From an uncultured Lachnospiraceae bacterium (GTDB lineage: Bacteria > Bacillota > Clostridia > TANB77 > CAG-508): 64,000 bases of DNA. Below the pieces are notes generated by a model. It ran no database searches. It saw only the letters and a program-made list of their open reading frames with translations, and had not been told where the DNA came from. The stretch covers positions 10,103-74,102 of the forward strand of contig CAZCCM010000001.1 of NCBI GenBank assembly GCA_964497325.1. Direction: 5' to 3'. Position numbers and translations under genes: made by a program. Within the stretch, counting starts at the first letter, position 1; each line of letters opens with the position of its first letter. Of this stretch, positions 38,980 through 49,100 are shown in pieces.

Positions 38980-40210
38980 TCTTCCATTTATCTATATAAT
39001 ATTTTTTATCTTTTATCTTATCAGGTAAGTATTGTTGTTCAACAATTCCATCTTTATAATCATGAGGATACTTATATCCAACACCATATTTAAAATCCTT
39101 CATTTGATCTACTGGAGCATTTTTTATATGCATTGGTATACTTCCTATATCTATATTTTTAACATCCTTTAAAGCTTCTTCTATTGCAATATATGCTGTA
39201 TTTGATTTTTTTGACTTTGCTAAATATATTATAGCTTCTGCAAGTACTATTCTTGCTTCAGGCATTCCTATCATTTTTACTGCTTGCATTGCATTTGTAG
39301 CAATAGTTAAAGCATTTGGATTTGCAAGTCCTATGTCTTCAGCAGATAGTATTACTAATCTTCTTGCAAGAAAAACCGGGTCTTCTCCAGATTCTATAGC
39401 TCTTGCTAAATAATGTATTGCAGCATTTTCATCTGAGCCTCTTACAGATTTTATAAGTGCTGAAATAGTATCATAATGTGAATCACCAGACTTATCAAAC
39501 ATTTGTTTTTTTTCTTGATATGAAATTTTTAAAATTTCATCAGTAATTACTATTTGTTTTTCGTTATTAATTTTTGTTGATAACACTGCTATTTCTAATC
39601 CATTTAGTGCATGTCTAACATCTCCTTGTGAAATTGTAGCAATCCAATCTAATTGTTTCTTAGTTATTTTAACATTATATTCTTTTAAACCCCTTGGGTC
39701 CATTATTGCTTTTTTTATTATTTGTATTATATTTTCTTTTGTTAATGCTTCTAATCTAACAATAATTGATCTTGAAATAAGTGCTTTATTAATTTCAAAA
39801 TATGGATTTTCAGTAGTTGTTCCTATTAATATAATTTTTCCACTTTCAACTGAGGGCAATAATACATCTTGCTGTGCTTTATTAAACCTATGTATTTCAT
39901 CAATAAATAAAACGCTCTTACCATCAGGATTTAAAAAGAGATTACTTGTTTCATCTATTATTCTTTTAATATCACTTACACCTGAAGTAACAGCATTTAT
40001 TTTATATGTTTTATATTTAGTTGTATTTGATACCACTTCAGCTAAAGAAGTTTTTCCACATCCAGGAGGACCCCATATAACTAAACTAGTTAATCTGTCA
40101 GATTTAATTGTATTGTATAAAAGTTTTCCTTTCCCAAGTACATGTTCCTGTCCTATAAAATCCTCTAGAGTTTGTGGTCTCATCCTAAATGCTAATGGTT
40201 CTTTATTCAA
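38963..40210 (-). CDS. rarA: Replication-associated recombination protein A (RarA/MgsA AAA+ ATPase)
   Basis: 'VIWGPPGCGKTSLAEV' (Walker A), 'LFIDEIHRFNKAQQDVLLP', and an MgsA C-terminal domain. Confidence 0.85.
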   Translation of the reverse strand: MNKEPLAFRMRPQTLEDFIGQEHVLGKGKLLYNTIKSDRLTSLVIWGPPGCGKTSLAEVVSNTTKYKTYKINAVTSGVSDIKRIIDETSNLFLNPDGKSVLFIDEIHRFNKAQQDVLLPSVESGKIILIGTTTENPYFEINKALISRSIIVRLEALTKENIIQIIKKAIMDPRGLKEYNVKITKKQLDWIATISQGDVRHALNGLEIAVLSTKINNEKQIVITDEILKISYQEKKQMFDKSGDSHYDTISALIKSVRGSDENAAIHYLARAIESGEDPVFLARRLVILSAEDIGLANPNALTIATNAMQAVKMIGMPEARIVLAEAIIYLAKSKKSNTAYIAIEEALKDVKNIDIGSIPMHIKNAPVDQMKDFKYGVGYKYPHDYKDGIVEQQYLPDKIKDKKYYIDKWKSDKYD

Positions 40211-40212
40211 AT

Positions 40213-40992
40213 TTATTCCTTTATTTCTTCTATTTTTACGCTTTTAATTATAACATTATTTAATGGCTTATCATTATCATCAGTTTTTGTTTTTGCAACT
40301 TTATCTATAATATCCATTCCTTCGTATACATATCCAAACACAGTATGTGCCTTATATAAATGTGGGGTACCACCCTTTTCCATATACAATCTTTGTATTG
40401 ATTCTGGTAAGTCTTCAACTTGTTCAGAACTTGCTGTTTCAGGTCCTGCTTGTACAATAAAAAATTGACTAGATAATGAATTTTCAACACCACTAACAGA
40501 TGCCATACATAATGTTCCTTTGTATGGGAAATATCCATCTTTATATTCTGGACCAAAGTCTGAACCAAAGAAAGATTCTCCACCTGTACCTGTACCTGTA
40601 GGATCTCCACCTTGAATCATAAAGTCTTCAATTACTCTATGGAATGTTAGACCATCATAATATCCTTCTTTTGCAAGTCCTTTAAAATTTTCAACTGCTT
40701 TTGGTGCTACATCTTCGTAGAATTTTATTTTTATTGTTCCATAATCTTTTATTTCCATAACTGCAATTTCTGAGCCAAGAAGAGGTTCTTCAAACATTTC
40801 CATTTCAGCCATCCTAAGTTCAGATTCTATGTCTTCTGAATTTTCTCCTTCTGTAGTTTCCTTTTCTTCAGCAATCTTTGTTGCTGCTTGATCTTTTGTA
40901 ATAAATAAAAAGATCATTACTCCTAATAATGCTATTATTATAACTATTAGCATTCCTATAATCATTTTGTTTTTATTCATTTTATTCTCCAT
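40213..40992 (-). CDS. Membrane-anchored cyclophilin-type peptidyl-prolyl cis-trans isomerase
   Basis: An N-terminal TM, then 'FHRVIEDFMIQGGDPTGTGTGGESFFG' and 'SQFFIV', which are canonical cyclophilin motifs. Confidence 0.8.
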   Translation of the reverse strand: MENKMNKNKMIIGMLIVIIIALLGVMIFLFITKDQAATKIAEEKETTEGENSEDIESELRMAEMEMFEEPLLGSEIAVMEIKDYGTIKIKFYEDVAPKAVENFKGLAKEGYYDGLTFHRVIEDFMIQGGDPTGTGTGGESFFGSDFGPEYKDGYFPYKGTLCMASVSGVENSLSSQFFIVQAGPETASSEQVEDLPESIQRLYMEKGGTPHLYKAHTVFGYVYEGMDIIDKVAKTKTDDNDKPLNNVIIKSVKIEEIKE

Positions 40993-41935
40993 ATTTTATT
41001 ATTTCTATTTTTTGTATTTTTAATTCTTTACTTGTTTTTGTAATATCTTTTACTAAATCCATTCCTTCCACTACCTGTGCAAAAGTTGGATATTTTATAT
41101 AATCCAATAAATTTGCATTTGGATTTTCATAATCTTTTTTTGAACTACAAGGAAAATTTAATATATAATTAAATCCATTTCCGTATTTAGTAAATAAGTT
41201 TTGTAATTGAGTTGGAACATTTAAATCTGTATAATTAACAACTCTATTTGAATCCATATTCATTACAAAAAAGTTAACTCCATAGTCTTTGTTTCTTAAA
41301 AGTATTCCATTTGCACAAACTGCTCCATTATACGGAAGCACTTTATTTGATTTTACATCAAGAGTTTCCCAAGATTCTATTTCATTAAGTATTTTTTCTT
41401 CTTCCTCTTTATTACTTGGTTCTCCTATTGGTTCCCAATTTACTCTTTCATCAGCAATAATTGTTTTAATAGATTCATCCTTTTCACTATAAAATTTTGC
41501 ACCATTATAAAATCCATCTTTTGCTAACCTTTTAAATTGTCTTACTATTTCAGGAGCATCTTCTTCAAAAAATTTTATTTTAATAGTTTTATCTGTTCCT
41601 TGAAGATGTATTATTGCAATTTCTTCACCTACTTTAGGATTTGAAATTTGTAATTGATATAATTCTTCATAGTCATAATTGTCATATTTTTTAGCATATT
41701 CTCTCATTTGTTTTTGAGAATTTAATGATCCTTGAGAAGATTCTATTTTATTAGTTTTAGCAAATTGTGGAACTCCTGGTAAGTTTATATCTCCTTTAAA
41801 GATAAACACTACAAGTATTATTAATATTACAAATAATAATATTAATCCTGAAGCTATCCAAATCCATCTCTTTACTAATTGTTTTTGAGTTAAATCTAAT
41901 CCTTGAAATAGACCTTTTTTCTTTTGTTTTTTCAT
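40982..41935 (-). CDS. Membrane-anchored cyclophilin-like paralog (divergent, possibly non-catalytic)
   Basis: An N-terminal TM. 'KIKFFEEDAPEIVRQFKRLAKDGFYNGAKFY' parallels the start of the neighbouring cyclophilin, but the HRV/FMIQGGD core is not recognisable. Confidence 0.45.
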   Translation of the reverse strand: MKKQKKKGLFQGLDLTQKQLVKRWIWIASGLILLFVILIILVVFIFKGDINLPGVPQFAKTNKIESSQGSLNSQKQMREYAKKYDNYDYEELYQLQISNPKVGEEIAIIHLQGTDKTIKIKFFEEDAPEIVRQFKRLAKDGFYNGAKFYSEKDESIKTIIADERVNWEPIGEPSNKEEEEKILNEIESWETLDVKSNKVLPYNGAVCANGILLRNKDYGVNFFVMNMDSNRVVNYTDLNVPTQLQNLFTKYGNGFNYILNFPCSSKKDYENPNANLLDYIKYPTFAQVVEGMDLVKDITKTSKELKIQKIEIIKYGE

Positions 41936-41943
41936 AATCCCTC

Positions 41944-42378
41944 CTAATCAGGTAAATGAATTGTTGTTTTTCTGCCACCAAAAAACCTTGAAATTTTTTT
42001 AAAAAACTTTTTAAAAAAACCATCTCTTTTAATAACAGCTAGAGCTTGCATCTCTTCATTTATTTGTTCAACATGTTTTATTTGATCTTGCTTAAATTGT
42101 TTTTCACCAACATTATATCTCTTTTGAAAATCTTTTAAAGTTTTTTTATCAACCCATGCTGTTTTTAATATTATTGATAATATTATAACAGTTTCATACA
42201 TTAAATCTTGTTCATACAAAGGTTTAGAATAATCAATGCGAAAATGATGAGTGTCATCTTTACATTCACTCATAAATTGTAAAAAATTTTGTGGCACCTT
42301 TTTTATTAATTTTGGATCTGTATGCTTAAGAATAATTTCAACTTCTTTTAAACTTTTAAACAAATCTTTTTGACTCAT
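41944..42378 (-). CDS. Hypothetical cytoplasmic protein
   Basis: 144 aa ORF between ruvA and the cyclophilin genes. No recognised motif. Confidence 0.35.
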   Translation of the reverse strand: MSQKDLFKSLKEVEIILKHTDPKLIKKVPQNFLQFMSECKDDTHHFRIDYSKPLYEQDLMYETVIILSIILKTAWVDKKTLKDFQKRYNVGEKQFKQDQIKHVEQINEEMQALAVIKRDGFFKKFFKKISRFFGGRKTTIHLPD

Positions 42379-42385
42379 TTTTCTC

Positions 42386-42967
42386 CTATGACATTATTTT
42401 TAAAGCTTTTTTTAAAGCTTCTTCAATATTTAAATCTTTTTCTATCTTACCTTCTATTTTTTGAATTTCTTTTGTAGTATAACCCAATATTTGTAATGCA
42501 GAAACTAGTTCTTCATATATTTCATTTTTTATAATATTTTGTTTTCCAGTTTCAATGGCGTCTTCAGCATTTAATTTATCCTGAAGTTCTAAAACAATTC
42601 TTTGTGCAGATTTTTTTCCAATACCTGGCAAAGATGATAATTTAATATAATCCGAAGTAATTACAGCCAAAACAAACTCAGATGGTTCAATTTTAGATAA
42701 AATATTAATTGCAGATTTAACACCAATTCCTGTTACAGTTATTAGTTTTTCGAATAATGTTTTTTCTTCTATTGTCTTAAAGCCAAACAAGCTAATTTCA
42801 TCTTCTTTTACATTTTGGTAAGTATATATAACAACATCATTATCTCCCTCTTTAAACAAGTTTAAAGACTTCTCAGACATGTTTATTATATAACCAATGT
42901 TGTTGTTTTCTATAACCAAATAATTTTTAGTTATTTTAATTATTTTACCTCTTATATATGCATACAT
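42386..42967 (-). CDS. ruvA: Holliday junction DNA helicase subunit RuvA
   Basis: 193 aa. 'MYAYIRGKI...LVIENNNIGYIINMS' is the OB domain, and 'ITVTGIGVKSAINILS' and 'LPGIGKKSAQRIVLELQDK' are the HhH motifs. Confidence 0.85.
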   Translation of the reverse strand: MYAYIRGKIIKITKNYLVIENNNIGYIINMSEKSLNLFKEGDNDVVIYTYQNVKEDEISLFGFKTIEEKTLFEKLITVTGIGVKSAINILSKIEPSEFVLAVITSDYIKLSSLPGIGKKSAQRIVLELQDKLNAEDAIETGKQNIIKNEIYEELVSALQILGYTTKEIQKIEGKIEKDLNIEEALKKALKIMS

Positions 42968-43152
42968 ATTTCACCTTGAAATTATTATATATAATTTTAT
43001 TGATATTTTCAAGTAAAACTTTTTTTATATAAACTATAAATTACAATAATAAATATACTTCTTTTACTTAAGAAAAAAGACATAGTTTTCTATGTCTTTT
43101 TATCTTTTCCCAAATGTGTTTTTTTAATTGTGTTTGTATTTATTATTGTTTG

Positions 43153-46100
43153 TTATTTATTATTTTCGTCTTCATTTGGTAAAACTCTATTTTTTTGTAT
43201 AGCATTCATTAACACTTTTATTAACACTGTAACTCCCGCTATTCCTATCATTATAATTAGCATTGTATTTAAAGTTAATCTTAATGTTTTTTGAGACTTA
43301 CTTAAACCTGTAGGAGGTGTTATAGTTACTAACATTGCTAAACCTGTATCTGGTTCTAAGTTTTCAGCATCAAATGTTTCTGATAATCTAGTATTAATAT
43401 TTCCTGGAGTTGAAGATGTAGATCTTCTTCCATTATCTGTTGAATATTCTACTATTTCAGCTATATTATCAAAACTTAGGTCTTCATCTGCTTGTTGTGA
43501 TGATAATCTCTTAGTTGCTATCTTTGAACTTATTTGATATGGTGAAATCTTTTCTTTGTCAGTTCCTCGTGCTATTGCTGTAGCGTATTCATAATACGGT
43601 ACTAATCCTTCATTCATCTTCTCATTCATGTATATATTTGAGCCTCCAGTTTTAAAGTATGACTTTCCGTCTGGATCTGATATTAAGCTTGTTTCTAGTT
43701 TATAAGTTTTATTGCCTGAATCATCATATACAGCGATCAAAGAATCTAGTTCTTCAATATTTTTAATTTGTGCCCATCCTTCGTCAGTTTGTAAATCATC
43801 TTTAACTGCACTGTTGTCTACATAATCTAATACTTTATTTACATATGTTTTAGAAACTGTTTCCTCATATAGTTTATAATCTCCTATCTTAGAAGTTTCT
43901 GTATAATCTCCTGTGTAATATCCTTTTCCAAAGAATCTACCAAATCCATATTTATCTGGATCTATTTCATGATTTAACTTTGAATATTTTTCTCCTGATC
44001 CTGCTATTGTACCAACGTATTTAGAAACTTTATCATCTTTTCTAGCATCTTCTATTGATTGTGTTTTAAAGTTTTCCTGTATTGTTGCTCTATCTACTTC
44101 TCCAAGATTGTATGCTCTAACCTCATATTCCATTTCAATATTCATATCTGATAATAATTGTTTATCAAAATTTAAATGTATATATCCATTTGATTTTCTT
44201 ATTGCAGGGTCTTCTATATTAATATTTTCCCATCCTCTTGCATTTGTATATATACCACTTTCTGATTTATTTTCTTCCCAATATGGTTTTTTAGTTGCAT
44301 ATATAATTGTATTTAATGGATTTACTTTATCTCCATTTACAGAATCTGCTTTAATTTCTGTCTTAACTTTTAAAATATATTCACCTATATTGTATCCATT
44401 TTGAGTTTTTCTTTTAGTATCATATTTTTTATCTTCTTTTTCTGCTTTTAATACATTTTTATCTTCATTTGGTATTACTATGTTTTCAGCATCATAAGTT
44501 GTTTCATATTCAGCATCAACTAACTTTGTACCTTCTGAACTTTTTAATGTTAATTTTGTAATTTGTTTATCTAAAACTATTTTTGTTTTTGGTCTTTCTT
44601 CTAAAGCAATATTTACATTATTGTATGTGTGAGCTTCATTTGGTACTTCTACATCTTTCTTTCCATCATTACTTTTAGTAATTCCTGGTAATGCAAAGAC
44701 ATCTGCAAATTTATTATATAATATATTTTCTTTAGATACAGATCCGTAGTAATTTATTCCAAAGTTAATTACTGGTGTTTCTGCCGTCATATTAGCAGTT
44801 GATTCTATAACTTTTCTTGTTTCATCATCAAACTTATCATGTCCTATATTTAAAATTTCTAATCCACCGCCAATTTTTGCATTTATATTTTTTGAATTTT
44901 GATATAGCTTGTATCTGCTGTATTCACTATCTCTTCCATAAGAGTAATTTTCTTTTGGAGTTGATGGAAGCCATGTTTCATTTAAAGTCTCTTTATTTCC
45001 ACCATCATATATTGAAACTTTAAAATCTTGACCATTATATACTTGTGGTGATTTATCTCTATTTTCTATATCTACTATTTTAGTTGTTTCGATTGTATCT
45101 TTATTAAGTATTCCTATAGATTCTGTAATATCATTTCCTGATATTATATATGGTAATTGTACAACAAAGTTTCCTGCTGGAATATTTTTAAACTTGTATT
45201 TTCCATCTTCACCCGTTCTCATATATGATTGAAATCCAATTAAGTCTCTTAAACTACTAATTTTAATTCCTGTACCTTCAATCTTATTTTCCCATACATA
45301 TGGAATATCTACATAATTAGTTTCATCTTTCAATACTTTATTATCAAAACCTTGCTCCATTTTATATTCAGTACTTAAATCAACCGCTCTAATAGAAACC
45401 CTTTCTTCTAAAGCAACTATCTTATTTGGTATTGGTTTTTCTTCATCTTTATTATATATACCATCACCCATATTTACTCTAGCAATCTGATTGTTTCTTT
45501 TTTCTTCCCAAACCATACCTGAAACTTCTCTTGGTGCTTCTGTTTCTAATTTAATAGTTATCATTGGAGCAACTGAAGAATCATCTTCTAAGTATGAAAA
45601 GTCTTGTTTTATATTTCCATCAAATCCAGCTTTTGTAAAGTTTAATCGGCCTAAATTAATATTTGCTGGTGCAGAATCTCTGTCTACTTTTCCTGTTACT
45701 TTTCCTGTGTATTTATTATATGTTGCATATCCTGCAATTTCTGTTAAGTGATGTTTATTTCCTAATCTAATAGAATTTTCTACTTTATCACCATTTTCTG
45801 CAAAAAGCTTGCCTTTATTAACTTTAAAGTTAGTTACTACTTCTAACCTTCTAGCTGAAGGTAATATAATATCCATATCACCATACTTATCATCTAAAGT
45901 AGTTAACATTCCAATTCCTTTATTTGTTTCTTTTTTTGTCCATATAAATGGTTCAGATTTAGTTAGCCCTGGAATTTTTTCATATTCAGTTTCTGCTTTA
46001 ACATCATCAAAGTTTCTTTTAATATTTGTATCTAAAGTTACAATTCTATATTCTGGTGTTCCTATAACCACATTACTTCCCGATATTGCAGCTTTACCTG

Positions 46101-49100
46101 TACCATTTTTATCTTCAATTTCTTCTTTGTCTATTTCCTTTTCTATCTTTTCTAATACTGGAGTTAATGTCTCGTCATAATACATATTTAAGCCTGAAAC
46201 AATAGCAGAATCAACTTGAGAATAGTTTGTTATTGCTTGTTTATATTGTAAATATACATCTAATTCTCTTCCTTCTTGATCTTTATTTTTTTCTGCTAAT
46301 CTTTTTGCCTCAGTATCTAATGCTTCTTTTATATCAGGGTCTTTATACATTGCTGTTCTATAAATATAATCTGCTTTATATATCTCTAATTGATATTGTA
46401 AGTCACCATAGTTTTCTGAATATTTACTAATCAAGTGACTGTATCCATCATTCTCATCTTTCTTTAAATCGTACTTATTTGCAAAAGTGTTTATTAAAGC
46501 TTTTTTATTTATAAATTGTATTGATAACATTAAATCACTTTCTAATTCTAAATCAACTTTTCTTCTTTTGAATAATCCTAAGTTGATGTTTTCCATATGG
46601 GTATTTGATTCATGAAATACTACCACAGATTTATTATCTAATGCATCTGTTACAGTAACTCCTTCTTTATTTTTATATTCTTCTGCTTTTTCTTTAGTCA
46701 TTATTATTACTAAATCAAAATTACCATTTGTTTCAGAGGTTGCATTTTTATTTGACATAGCTTGTTCCATGTCTATTTCATATACATCTCCTAATGGATA
46801 TAGTATACCTGTGTTTAATGTAGAAGCTCTCGTATTTCTTTTAGTTTCAAGAGTTGAAACCGTTCTATTTTTATCATTAACTTTCCCTTCATAATTTAAT
46901 TCATAATCATTTTCAGGTGCTTTTTCAACTCCAATAGCTTTTCCTACAGTTTTTCTATTTTCATCCATTTCTGATGAACCATTTATTTCACCCATATTCA
47001 TATTAAATGTATCTCTTGCTTTAGTATTTTCAACAGCCATAGAGTCATTTACCGCTTTTCCTGCATTTTCAAGATTATAATTATCTGGATTATATGAAAG
47101 ACTTGCTAAAGCTGGTACTGGTACATACTCTATACCATCATATTCAAATTCTACTTCAAACTTTACAGAATGTGTTTTTGAACCATATCCTTTTTTTATT
47201 TCTTTTCTAGTAAATCCTAAGTCTCTTAAATAATATTTACCCCATTCTCCTTTATCATTTGTTTTAATTTTTTCTGTTATTGGAGCATTATACTTACCTT
47301 TTTCAAATACTCTTGCTGCTTGTTTTTCTACTATACTTTGATCACTATTTTTTATAATTAATCTATTTACCCTAACTGTTATATCTTCAAACATTCTATC
47401 TTTTTTATCTTCGTTTCCTGTGTTTAATATAAAGTTATATGAAGATAATTTGTCTCCATAAGGATTATCTTCCCATACTTTACCACCTATTGGTAGTACA
47501 AAGGCTGGTGCATTTTTATAAACGTCAGGGTTATCAGGAATTTTCTTGTTTTCTATTAATTTTGCTGTTGTATCAACATATTTTAATCTACCTTTAACTT
47601 TCATTTGTGGCTGTGTTTTTTCTAACGATAACATTGCTTTAGGTACAACTAAAACATCTGGAGTTTTAAATAATACATGTCTGTATCCTTCATTAAGCGT
47701 TGGAATTGATATATCAGAATTTACTTTTGCAGATGTTGGCATATTTTTTAATGCTAAATCAGGATCTATCTTTGCTTTATTTGTTTTTCCAATTTCAACT
47801 GTATTTGTAACTTCTGCAATTTTTGTTTCTTGAGGTATACTTTCATTCCTTTTATTCTTAAATAGGCCTAATATTTTATCTGTAAAATTAGGATTCTGTT
47901 TTTTTTCTACTTTTCCAAGATCTTTAAGAGTTATCTTTTTAGTTTGACCTCCGCGAGTTCTAAAAATAGCTACTAAAACGTTTCTATGAACACCATGACC
48001 TGTTGAATAACTACCTCCATTCATTGAAGTTTCAATATTTGTTGAAAACATAAACACATTATTCTTTATCTGAAGAAATGTTACTTCTAAAGGAGGTTCT
48101 TTTGCAGGGATATCTATATAATCAGTTTGTCCTCCCTTTGTTATAAAATACATTCTGAAAGAAGTATATTCCTTAGGTATTGAATATACTTGATTATAAT
48201 AATAAGTATAATTACCAGAGCTACAATTTATATTTGACATAAAACTATATGTGTCATTATTCTCAGAATATTTTATAACATTAAATGATTCCGAAGGAAA
48301 CATATCTTGATAACTTTTATCTAAATACATAAGATCTTTATATGGTTTTGAAAAAGACCTAAAATTTATTTCCTTTGATCCACCATTTATTGAAGTTCCT
48401 TCAGCAGTTATTCCATCATAACTATAAAGAAAACCTCTAGCAGGAGTGAAGCTACTTGATTTTTCATTCCATTTTATTGTTTTATAAAGAGTATTTCCCT
48501 CTCTTGTCCAACCATCTAGTATATGCATTTCAGAAGGCTTATATGGTGAAAAATCTAATGTTAATGTCCCAACATCATCACCTGGTGTAATATCAAATTT
48601 AACCTTCGGTTTCTGTACATCCAAATAAGCATTAGAGTACTTTTCAAACTTTTCAATTTCAATATCTGCTTCAAAATCTATATATTCTCCAATACCAGCA
48701 TAATAATTAGCACTTGCCTCATAATCTACAGCTCTAAATGAAGCTGTAAGTTCTGCTATTCTTATTAAGTTTTCATCAAATGGTATTTCTATATAAAACT
48801 CTTGATTTGGCTCTGGAACACCATATTTTAAACTTGTTACTTCCCCCTTTGCAATCTGTTCTGCAGTTAAATTAGTTCCTTTGGCTTGTAATGGTACAAA
48901 GTATGACCATTTTAGTATTTCTTTAATAGTAGTCTTAGATTTATCATTATATTCTCCAGTAATTTTCATATTAGTCATACCTGCAAAATATTTTTCTGAG
49001 TTACCATTTTTTACTGTACTTAGTAGATAATCTAATTTGTATGGACCAACTAGCCAAGATCCTTCTTTATATTTTTCTGATTTAGAATTAAATATAATGT

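Noticed and set aside
40305-40610. 101-aa ORF in an alternative frame inside the cyclophilin gene. Similar cases are 41796-42023 and 8779-8985.
   Set aside because: They are fully embedded in genes with clear motifs. They have no RBS and are chance ORFs.
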